In this document: piece after piece, positions 53,363 through 64,000 of the stretch
Position numbering within the stretch: the stretch's first letter is position 1
Layout: the number at the start of each line of letters is the position of its first letter
The notes under the pieces: generated by a model
What the model was told of the DNA's origin: nothing
The model's database searches: none
What the model saw: the letters and a program-made list of their open reading frames with translations, nothing else
Assembly (NCBI GenBank): GCA_964016885.1
Contig: OZ024743.1
Coordinates: 346,394,001-346,458,000, forward strand
DNA from: Eledone cirrhosa
Lineage: Eukaryota
DNA: 64,000 nucleotides
Direction: 5' to 3'
Translations under genes and position numbers: made by a program

Positions 53363-53364
<2 letters not shown>
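53221..53364 (+). mobile_element. Family H1 fragment beginning at the stem II apex
   Basis: tcagttcggatcgagctgtc-GAAA-cggcaagagctcagccg-TC-ggggtc..., tail into (TA)n. Confidence 0.8.
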
Positions 53365-53434
<70 letters not shown>

Positions 53435-53464
53435 AGATCAAACGATGGTTAAAAGAGTTCCAAG

Positions 53465-53535
53465 TATTTTATTATGCGCATGTCAAAAACAAAAATCATC
53501 GTGGGATGATATCTGCGTTCTCATCAGATAAAATA
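53465..53535 (-). ncRNA. Hammerhead with a GAAA>GACA change, at the end of an AT-rich PLE remnant (about 53435-54095)
   Basis: tattttat-CTGATGA-gaacgcagatatcatc(ccac)gatgatttttgttttt-GACA-tgcgca-TA-ataaaata. Confidence 0.75.
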
Positions 53536-54094
53536 GGGAGACATGATATGAAGTTTAGAAAACACTTGTGAGCAGTGAAGTTTTAAATCAACATATGAAA
53601 AATAAAATAAGATGGATATATGATATAGAGAAAGAAATAAGAGTAAAGGTTGGTGGGGGAGGAGTATAAGAAGGAAGGATGAGAGAGGAGGAGAAATGGG
53701 TGATAGAGAGAGATAGCCTTCACAACTGAGAAAATATTGTCTCACAGAGAGAAATAAAAAAATCGTTGGAAGATAATAGATAATTTAAAAGATTTTGAAA
53801 TTAAAAGTTAATGAGGTTTATGCATGAAGAAAAAGGAATTAAGAATAGTATTAAATTAAGGTTTGTATATTGAAGGGTTTAATAATATGTACGAAAAAAA
53901 GAATTTATTAATATGTATTATTAAAATAAAAATATTAATGATATTAAGGATATAATGTGAAAGAAGGAGAAGAATAAATGAGTTATGAACTTAAAGGAAT
54001 TAGGTAGGGTTTAAGTTTGTTTTTATGTATTGTAATATGTAAACGTAAATATTAGGTTTAAAATGAGTTATGTGCTACAATAAAACTCACCTCC

Positions 54095-54133
<39 letters not shown>

Positions 54134-54137
<4 letters not shown>

Positions 54138-54375
54138 AAAAAAGGAATGATAGGTGATACATGTAGTTATTTGCCAAATAGCGTATGCAGAAGGTGCTCA
54201 ATACTAGTGCCGGCAATATTATATATTAGAAGTGTTAATATCTAGTGGGCGAGAGAGTTAGCAGAGCGTAAGCACGTGGAAAAGTAAGAAATCGGAGAAC
54301 AGACCGTTAATACATGTTTATTTTAAATAAACATATATTAACGGTCTGTTCTCCGATTTCTTACTTTTCCACATG
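54134..54375. mobile_element. Microsatellite-flanked fragment (family H5) with fold-back palindrome 54273-54375
   Basis: 51-bp arms centred at 54324 with 2 mismatches; the arms read TAAA-catg-TA-ttaacgg (HHR-half-like). Confidence 0.75.
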
Positions 54376-54383
54376 TGTGTGTG

Positions 54384-54428
<45 letters not shown>

Positions 54429-54481
54429 CATATATATAAATATATTATATATATATACATATATATTAGTATATACATGTG

Positions 54482-54513
<32 letters not shown>

Positions 54514-54536
54514 TACATATATACATGTATATATAT

Positions 54537-54715
<179 letters not shown>

Positions 54716-54785
54716 TATATATGTCCCAAGATTCTGATACCATCAACACTATATACACAGAGCTGGCATATCTAAGAACTGACTA

Positions 54786-54841
54786 ACTGCCTGAGGAGGT
54801 CATAGCCATTCAATGGTTATCATCGAAATATATATAGCAGT
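54786..54841 (+). ncRNA. Minimal type I hammerhead ribozyme (intact core) in a solo pseudo-LTR fragment of about 165 bp (54723-54887) between (TA)n tracts
   Basis: actgc-CTGAGGA-ggtcatagccatt(c)aatggttatcatc-GAAA-tatata-TA-gcagt. Confidence 0.92.
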
Positions 54842-54886
54842 AAATAAAGGATTATGAGTTCATGCAATTGACTTATGTTTCGTCAC

Positions 54887-55025
<139 letters not shown>

Positions 55026-55229
55026 ATAATAATAAATTTGAAGACTAAAATCCAAAGAGGGCTCGATAAGGATAAATATATATCAAATATCAAAGAACCG
55101 TAGAGCAAATATTTCTTAAAATAATAGATTAAAGTTTAAGCAAAGAATCGCTGCTTTCACCCTTAACGGGATCTTCTGAACCTCTATAATATATATATAT
55201 TAATATATACATATATATTAATATGTAAA

Positions 55230-55860
55230 TGTCTGATGGCCTTGTTAGTACATGGTAGATGCTCCAGAGAAAGAAGACGCATGGCTGGCTTTAATATAAT
55301 ATTTAAATTTCGATGTGTTAGATGATAGGGTTACACCGGCCGCTCAAATAATTAACACATATGTAGACTAAAAGTCATTTTGAACGCAAAACAAATGGTG
55401 TAAGCCATCTCATTTCTCTCTCAATCAAAGTTGCCAATCCAGCTCTGTAGAATGATACTTTATCTTGTTGACCACAAAAGAATGAAAAACAAAAAAAAAA
55501 TAAAATGTTGCTGGCAAGATTTAGACTGTTACTGGTGGGTGGAATAACGAGGATCAAAGAGCACGTTAAGGAAAGTTTGCAATTAGTCCACATATATGCT
55601 ATCTGCTCGAAGTGGCTAACACCAGGTTAATCATCTTGGCAAAAAGTCACTTCACAATGTTTACTCATTTTGAAAGTGTACGCCACATCCGGGGTGAGGA
55701 AAATAACTTTTACAGCCAATGACAGCAATCGAGGCAAGGAAACAGCAGCAATAACATGGCTTGTGGAATATGCAATCATGGAGGATTGGACTTCGTATTG
55801 GTCTGATCTATCGAAAGACGTTACTGACTCAATATTAATTCAATTCGCTTTCCATTAACC
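55230..55860 (+). mobile_element. Highly degenerate DNA transposon remnant, possibly the Academ-type XPG/PIN-like region
   Basis: LLEVANTRLIILAK (about 55604) then GVRKITFTANDSN resemble the HEEADTRIILH...DTDV signature; frameshifted. Confidence 0.4.
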
Positions 55861-56567
55861 GAGACGCTATATATTCAGGGTCAATAATCGACATGAAGTT
55901 TACTACAGTGATACGATGGTGTTTAGCCCATCTTAGCTTTGCTTCAGTAACAGTATGATTAAATGAATTCTTGCTGTTATTTTTTTTTGTCTGATTTTTT
56001 TTTTTTAGACAAAATGTATCTGACTACATTAAACAATGCGATCTTTCCGTTAAAAATCAAATATAGGGTGTGATTAGAGAAAGTAAGAGATTTGATTAGT
56101 CAGTTTATCAAGCCAGACGACTACACACAATCTCCCATATTGTTTCTTTACTTGTAACACAAAAGCACGGGTGTCAGTTAACTGCTAGCACAAAGTAAAG
56201 CTGTCCATGTTTAATAACATATGCCAGTTATTTCAGTTAAACTTCAAATTTAAATGAGGATTCAATGACCATTCCTTCAGCCTTCATCAATTTCATTCCT
56301 AATCCCGTCAGATTACGAGAAGCTGTCATTTTGCTACCGACGCCAGAAGTAAGAAAGAACTTCTAACTTCAATCATATGATCTTCACAACACAACTGCTA
56401 AACGACAAATCCTGTTGGCCGAGATATAATATTACATACCTTTCATTGTGTGTAGGGCTTACTCCTTCAATTATTTAATTAAAATACCTCTATTTCTCTT
56501 TCTCCTTTCTCTCAAATACATACATGCAGATATAGAGACAAATACACAAACTCATACAGACACACAG

Positions 56568-56622
<55 letters not shown>

Positions 56623-57054
56623 TATATATATATATATATATATGGAAGGAGACAGCTGGGAAATATAATTTATATATATGTATATATATTTTTGTTGTAA
56701 TATATATATATATATACATGTGTGTGTGTATGTGTGTGTATGTGTGTGTGTGTGTGTGTGCGCGTGTGTGCGCGTGTGTGTGTGTGAGTGTGGGTAGATA
56801 ACGGAGTGATTGGGGATTCTGTCTAAATGCAAGGAAAATCTTAGTTAATTGGAGTTTATCAAATGGTTATAATTCATGTGTGAGATACTAACGGTACATC
56901 TATTTTTAGTGTGTATATTGTGGGGTTATTTTTATATACACAAGGAATATAAAGAAAATGGGTGAAACATGGTATGTGTTGAGTCAACAGCTTCTATACT
57001 GTTGCGTGGCTTAGTGGATATATTTTTCCTCTCATGATCGAATACATATGTATG

Positions 57055-57120
<66 letters not shown>

Positions 57121-57125
<5 letters not shown>

Positions 57126-57309
57126 ACTAGAAATAGATTGACACATATATATATATAAAATAAACACATGAAACAATCTCAGGGAATAATTTGTAAAGTG
57201 AGTAACCACACATGGCTAGGTAGGTAACTAATTAAAGTTTAACTAGAATTTCAATATCACCTTCAATATAACCTTTGAAAATGATTAATCTCCTTTGTAT
57301 ATATTTCTT

Positions 57310-57340
<31 letters not shown>

Positions 57341-57927
57341 TTACTTCTACACACGTCTAAGAGACATGACAATCTTAATTTAATGTTGGATATATATACT
57401 GATATATATTGATGTAGAGCTAATTCAGTTGAATAGACTCGGCTGCTATTTCTATCTGTCGATAATCCTATTCATGCCACTGGGATGACGCGGTGCGGTG
57501 TCTGTATTTTTTATAAATTGCAAAACGTGGTTCGATCATTCACAGATTTGCATTTGATGTGTAAACGCAGATGGTTGGATCTTCTCCTTTGGTGACCATT
57601 CGGGTTTGACCGCTGTGATTTACTGGTTAATTGGTGAAATATATTTTTTATTTAAAGAAATATATACAAAGGAGATTAATCATTTTAAAAGGTATCTATA
57701 TTTGAAGTTCTAGTTAAACTTTAATTAGTTACCTATCTAACTATGTGTGCTTACACACTTTATAAATTATTCCCTGAGATTGTTTCATGTGTTTATTTTA
57801 TATATATATATGTCAATCTATTTCTAGTTGATATAAAATGGTCGGATCTATTCATTGGAATCTTTGAACTTATTCTGCAGTGAATATGGCGCATGTCTCT
57901 CAAACATGACATTCTTAATTTAATTTT

Positions 57928-57930
<3 letters not shown>
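57121..57930. mobile_element. Inverted pseudo-LTR pair (57121-57315 / 57649-57835) with a decayed HHR at 57583-57675, (TA)n at both ends
   Basis: About 190-bp diverged arms; tctcctttg-(gtga)-ccatt..aattggt-GAAA-tatat..atata-TA-caaaggaga. Confidence 0.75.
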
Positions 57931-57994
<64 letters not shown>

Positions 57995-58117
57995 AGTGTG
58001 TGTGTGATAAATAAATAATTGATATATGATTATATATTTATACTTAACTCGTATTCACTCCTGTTTGGAATTTCTTTGTTTTAAACAATGAATCACTTAT
58101 ATTTCTGCGTGTATGTA

Positions 58118-59257
58118 TGGTCTTCTGGTTATATTATTTTGTAAACTTCCACCATTTCAGAGAGTGCCGGTCCCTAACTTAGAAACAAGATTCTTTCATT
58201 GGAATTTAGTCAACATCAACTAGGTATATACGTATGTATATCTGTATATGATTAAATGTATGTGCAGGAATGCATGTGGATAAGTATTTTCTTTTCAGTT
58301 ATATAAGTATATTTTTTTTAGTTACATATGTTTCTGTATCTATGCATGTCTATATGCAGCTATTACATGCTGAGTTTCTGAAATGTTTTACACAATTTTA
58401 CAGTTCCATTAATGGACTGTATTTTCATCTTCCTCACTAGTCGTGCTCTTTCTAGTTCCGTGAAGCCCATCTATGTATGTATGATATCTCTTTCTCTTAA
58501 TTTCGAGTATATTTTTTTGCCCGGCCACCTTCCTGGTGGCAAGGTTGTAAAAGAAAAGAAATTGTCATCCCTTGAATCGCAAGAATGTTTTGCAAATTTT
58601 GAAGGTGCCAGCTATCGCAGCCATTTGTAGACTATGAATTAGGGAGCTGCGCTTTTTGTCCGCAAATCCAAGTTCAGTCATACTTTGGTCCAAGCGGGTT
58701 GGTATATAACTCGTAGCTCCAATAATGATGGGTATGAAGGCTATCTTGGATACTGGATTTGTAAACTCCTCATCAATGGTCCGTATATGTCCTCCTTGTC
58801 CTGTATTTTTCTGACAACGTTTACATCAAGTGGGCAGCTGATCTCCACAACAGAACTCGTTTTCAATGTGTAGTCCCAAACAACAATATCAGGCCGGTTG
58901 TGCTTTAATTTAGTGGCAGTTTTTATTTTCAGGTTCCACCAGTATTCCTTAGTGCCATCTGTCTCAATATATTCTTCCTCGTTTGTTGTTAATTTTGTTT
59001 ACCGAAATGCGTTCCAGATGGTTCTAGCTATCCCATCGTGTCTCATGGGGAGGTAGTAGCGAGATGACATTCTTTCGCAGCTGGCAACAATGTGGCTTAC
59101 ATCCTCGATCTTTGTTTTACATAGCCTACATTTATTGTCAGCTGATCGCCCTCCCCTTTTGTGCAGCAGATATTTGGTAGGGAGTTCTTGTTCCTGTATT
59201 GCATAGAGATATGCCTCAAGGTGTGATGTCATAAACTTGTCGAAACTCCATGCCAGA
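58118..59257 (-). mobile_element. R4/Dong-clade non-LTR retrotransposon 3' fragment (CCHC + RLE + 3' UTR)
   Basis: AIQEQEL..CRLCKTKIEDVSHIVASC..YLPMRHD..KHNRPDIVVWD..VEISCP. Confidence 0.9.
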
Positions 59258-59404
59258 TGTATGTATGTATGCATGTATGTATGTATGTATGTATGTATGT
59301 ATGTATGTATGTATGTATGTATGTATGTATGTATGTGTGTATGTATGTATGTATGTATGTATGTATGTATGTATGTGTGTATGTGTGTGTGTATGTATGC
59401 ATGC

Positions 59405-60742
59405 ATTTTCTACTAGTTTCATTATTTTATAAATTTTTACCAATACAGAGATAGCCGGTTTCTACCATAGACACAAGACTCTTTTATTGGAATTTAGACA
59501 TCAACTAAGTAAATATGTATGTATGTCTGCTAGCGTGTGAGTGTTCGTTCATGTGTATGTGTATGTGTTATTACTGAGGCAGTGTATGTGTTATTACAGT
59601 GCCCCAATAATTACAGGCATAAATCTGAAGGTGTAGTCAGGGTGGTGTATCTGTAGATTCCTCATTAGTTCTGTATAGATGTTCTCCTTTTCGCTGACTT
59701 CCACTACTTTGCATGTCTTCTTTTCTCTGTCCCATATAACTATATCTGGTCTGTTATGCTTGCATTTAGTTTGGGGTTTTGATTGAAATATTCCACCTGT
59801 ACTCTTTCTTATTATGTCTTCTACATTACCATAGCTTTTAATATGTTTATTGCCAGGGCTATCTTTTCTATAGATTGTAAGGCAGAGTGGTTTGGCTACT
59901 ATATCGTACCTCATCGGTAGATATTACCATGATGACATTTTGTCACATCTAGTTGTTTTGCCTGCATCCCTATCTCTATTGCGAGTCAGGTATTTTGTAT
60001 TGATTTCTTGATCTTGGATTTCAAAAGCTTACCATTCAAATTGAGAGCCAATATGGCGGTTGTAGGTCCAATATAGACTACTTTCCTTTACTATATTACT
60101 CTCAATTTGGAACCCCATGGCAACATATCCATTCATAATTCTTTTGCTGATAAACATGCAGCTTTTCGTCCATGGTTTCACTGCGGTATTGCTGTCCAAT
60201 TTCCCCGGGTGAGTTTTTGATTATCATACAGGGATTATTTCTCAAGGAGCTGCTTCCAAACTCTCATGATCTTAACTGGCTCCTGTAGAGAGACTTGCTC
60301 AGTAGATGAGCTCCTACGCTTGATTGTTCATAACTGTTGACAGAGGGATGTGATGCGATACTCAAATGCAGTCTGCACTGATATTAGGTCTCTGCGTCCC
60401 TGTTTACGTTTCTGGTAGAGGCAGTATATGTCACTGTAGATGTGAAAATTTCCGGTGTTTTTTAAAGATTTATCGAGTTTAATCATCGGATTTCATCTAT
60501 CGTCCAATCGAGTATTCCGAATATTGGTATTAGGACAAACACAGCAAACCCTCTCTGACCCACTGTTTTATTGAGTGCAGAGAATTCAGATGACCCTATT
60601 TTCGATAATATGGTGTAATAAACACTGGTTAGGCGTTCCTTGTTACAAATACTATCATAAGATATATTCTCATATATTCCTAGGTATCTGTAGGAGTTCT
60701 CTTGACATATCCCTGAAATAGTTAGGCCATTGATAAGAATGT
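59405..60742 (-). mobile_element. Second R4/Dong-clade fragment (end of RT to RLE + 3' UTR)
   Basis: SYRYLGI, FGILDWT..EI, MRYDIVAK, KHNRPDIVIWD..PVIIGAL; 3' UTR homologous to 58125-58250; (ATAC)n on both sides. Confidence 0.9.
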
Positions 60743-61462
60743 TGTATGTATGTATGTATGTATGTATGTATGTATGTATGTATGTATGTATGTATGTATG
60801 CATGTATGTATGTATATTAGTATGTATGTATGTGTGCTTGCATGGATGGATGTATACTTAATCAGATTAAGCTCTTATTCATTGCAGATTTAATGCGAAT
60901 ACTTAATTTAATGGGGTGGCTTTGCTTACATGAGAAGATTTTTTTTAGAAATATTTTAATAATAAATGAAAGGTTAAATTGATACTATTGGTTTTTCTCG
61001 ATGCCGTTTTGTATGTAACTAGTGTGTAGTTTTAAGGTAATATAGGGTGCGACAATTTCTATATACACAAGTGTAATCCTTTGCAAAACATTTAAGTATT
61101 TATAATTTTTACAATTCTGTGTCGAGTAATCAGTGCTGTCAATGTCCAATCTTCATAATAATTCGTCCCATCCAGCAGTAAAGGCAAACATTAAAATGAC
61201 GATGAAAAAATGAATTTTGTTGTTGATGAAATTAAATAAGATGGTGACGAATACGAGAGTGACAATGGCGAAATTGACGTTCATAATGCTGATCTTCAGA
61301 GGACCCCCCCCCTCTCACTCTCTCTGTATCTATCTATCTATCACTTTCTCTATCTCTCTCCCTCACTCTCTCTCTATATATAGGCATATATATATATATA
61401 TATATGTGTGTGTGCGTGTATATGTTTATCCTGGGTTCATACCACCATATTAATTGACAGTC

Positions 61463-61507
61463 GGCTTCCTGATGATTTCTCAAAACAGTTCTAGTCGTGT
61501 AGAAGCC
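61463..61507 (+). ncRNA. Degenerate hammerhead (family H4; stem II mostly deleted)
   Basis: ggcttc-CTGATGA-tttctc-AAAA-cagttctagtcgtg-TA-gaagcc. Confidence 0.6.
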
Positions 61508-61537
61508 ATTTCTATATTAAATTAAATATATATATAA

Positions 61538-61589
<52 letters not shown>

Positions 61590-61602
61590 GTGTGTGTATG
61601 TA

Positions 61603-61637
<35 letters not shown>

Positions 61638-62142
61638 GTATATATATGTTTATATGTGTGTGTGTGCGCGCGCGTGTGTGATGTGAGTGTGAGAGTGTGT
61701 GTGTGTTTGTACATGTGTGTGCGTGCGAGAGCGCATATGTGTGTCTATATATGTACGTGCATACACACGCATAGTATATTGGTCGTGATTTAAGTGAAAA
61801 TCTTCGTAGTGTAATTAAAACAAAAACTCAAACATAAACACATATAAACGAAAAAACAACAGAAGAAACAAAACTATGAGAAATCATTGAAAACTAAAAC
61901 ACTATTCATTAAGCTGTGAAATATATATGTAAGACTTGTCACTCATTCGTTTGGTATTTATACGTTGGTGTATTAATACGGATACTGAAGACTGTTATTT
62001 AAGTACAACTGTGATTTTTACTGACCAAGGTCAGAGTTAGACAAATAGTTAAACATATATAACTATGTGTGTGTATGTGTGAGTGTGTGTGTTAATGTGA
62101 AAGTGTATGCGTGAGAGAGTGTGCGTTCGTGTGCCTATGGAC

Positions 62143-62210
<68 letters not shown>

Positions 62211-62238
62211 ATATATATATATACATATATATATATCA

Positions 62239-62308
<70 letters not shown>

Positions 62309-62398
62309 GTATATATATATATATATATAAATGTATATATATATATATGCATATATATATATATATGCATCCATACATAAACATATATGTATATATAT

Positions 62399-62457
<59 letters not shown>

Positions 62458-62464
62458 TATATAC

Positions 62465-62496
<32 letters not shown>

Positions 62497-62517
62497 GCAT
62501 ATATAGAGTGAGAGTGA

Positions 62518-62560
<43 letters not shown>

Positions 62561-62975
62561 CATAAACATATGTATGTGTGCGCCTACACATATACATGCA
62601 TACGTTCACATATATATACACACATATATATACACACACATATATACATACATAATGCAAGTAAGTAGTCTCCCAGTTATTTTTATTTGTTGTTTGGTTT
62701 GGTTATGTTGTTATTTTGCCTGATTTCTTTACAATTTATCCATTTGTCCAGCCATACTTTAGAAACAATGTTAAAAGTCACTAATTCTAGTCTTAGTTGC
62801 TTGTTAATGAATAAATATATAATGAATCTGGTGAGGTCACTTGTACCTGACATATATGGCCGTTCTTATAATTGTCCACCTCGTCGTCTCTTTCTTTTTC
62901 GTCTGTCTCTCTCTCACTCTCTCACTCTCATTTTATTCCTTACTTGTATATTATTATTATTATTATTATTATTGT

Positions 62976-63523
62976 TGTTTTTATTTCCTTTCATTATTGT
63001 TTCTGAGATATATGCCGAGTGTCTTCCTGACACCTAGGGCAAATAAATTCACAGTGTGCATTGGTAAGCCAGTTAATGCAGCACATTGATTATAATTAAA
63101 AAAAAACAGTATACATATATACACATGTGCATAGGCATATGTAAATACAAGGAGGGGTATCAATCTTACAGAGAGAGTGCTCTTCTCAATACGTGTGCAG
63201 TACCAGTCAAAACAATTTTTTGCACCTCGTGCAGAGAGGGTAAACCAGGAAACATTCACAAATATTGTTCTGTTCCTTTTATGATCATTCCCAGTCCTCC
63301 CACAATCACTGGTATTGTAACGGCCTTGAAGTGCCTCATTTTCTCAATTTCAATAAGCAGATCTTTATATTTTCGTAGTTTGCCAAATTCTTTTACTGCG
63401 ATATTGTGATCACATGGGATGCTCATATCTATCAATAAACAGACCTTGTTATGTTGATCTTTTACAATGACGTTTTTATGGTCCTGTCAGTATGTACAGG
63501 AAAGTCCCAGAGAATTGTTACTT
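62976..63523 (-). mobile_element. R4/Dong-like 3' fragment flanked by (TAA)n
   Basis: TILWDFPVHTDR..KDQHNKVCLLIDMSIPCD..KYKDLLIEIEKM..PVIVGGLG..TARVLRRALS; TAA repeats at about 62951-62975 and 63524-63533. Confidence 0.88.
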
Positions 63524-63589
63524 TTATTATTATTGGCCCTTGTGGCTAATAAATGAAATCATTATTATTATTATTATTGTTATTGTTAT

Positions 63590-64000
63590 TCCTTGAATCT
63601 CAGTCATTGATGTTGGTTAACTGGAAAGTCCGTTGGATTGAATATCAAGCCACTACCTGCAGCCTCAGATATTCAGGACGTATCGGAGGGTTCTTGCTGT
63701 TCCAAGCAAGCATGCCTTTTGAAGCGTTCCAAAAAGCGTGAAGGGGCCGATTTTCTTTAACCATCCCTGGAAACCTTTGGAGATAGTCCCCAGTGCGCCT
63801 ATGACAATCGGGATCACTTTGACTTCATGGCAGTTCCAAATCCTTTTCACCTCCCACTTTAGGTCCTGGTATCGGTTAATTTTCTCCCTCTCCTTCTCTT
63901 GCACTCTCGTGTCGAACGGGCAGGCCACATCCACAATCAGGCACGATCTTTTTTCTTTGTCCACAACCACCAGGTCAGGTCTATTGTGTTCCAGTTTTTT
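63590..64000 (-). mobile_element. R4/Dong-like 3' fragment with (TAA)n tail; runs off the window
   Basis: HNRPDLVVVDK..IVDVACPFD..EKINRYQDL..PIVIGALG..LQKACLLGTARTLR (open frame). Confidence 0.92.

Overview
This is 64 kb of AT-rich eukaryotic non-coding DNA, dense in microsatellites ((TA)n, (CA)n, (GA)n, (ATAC)n, (TAA)n). I cannot support any host protein-coding exon here. The dominant tRNA-derived SINE resembles octopod SINEs I recall, so an octopus-type cephalopod is inferred but not proven. The recognisable coding remnants are all transposon-derived: three Penelope-like elements (PLEs; RT and/or GIY-YIG), RTE, CR1, CRE and R4/Dong non-LTR fragments, a hAT (Buster/SPIN-like) and a pogo (POGK/Passer-like) transposase, a probable Academ remnant and a non-autonomous Helitron. 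The strongest signal is RNA structure. About 17 minimal type I hammerhead ribozyme (HHR) motifs (5 with an intact CUGANGA/GAAA core) sit in PLE pseudo-LTR fragments next to (TA)n tracts. At least four unrelated families also form short palindromes in which two 3' halves of a hammerhead (GAAA-stem III-NUH-stem I) are fused back-to-back at the stem II hairpin, with the CUGANGA core missing. This suggests ribozyme-hairpin-guided fold-back of cDNA during retrotransposition. One element (42715-44099) also copied the (TA)n tract and 25 bp of neighbouring DNA into its inverted arm. Two R4-like elements are stacked in (ATAC)n tracts next to (TAA)n-associated relatives. All structures were read by eye; nothing was folded or searched computationally.
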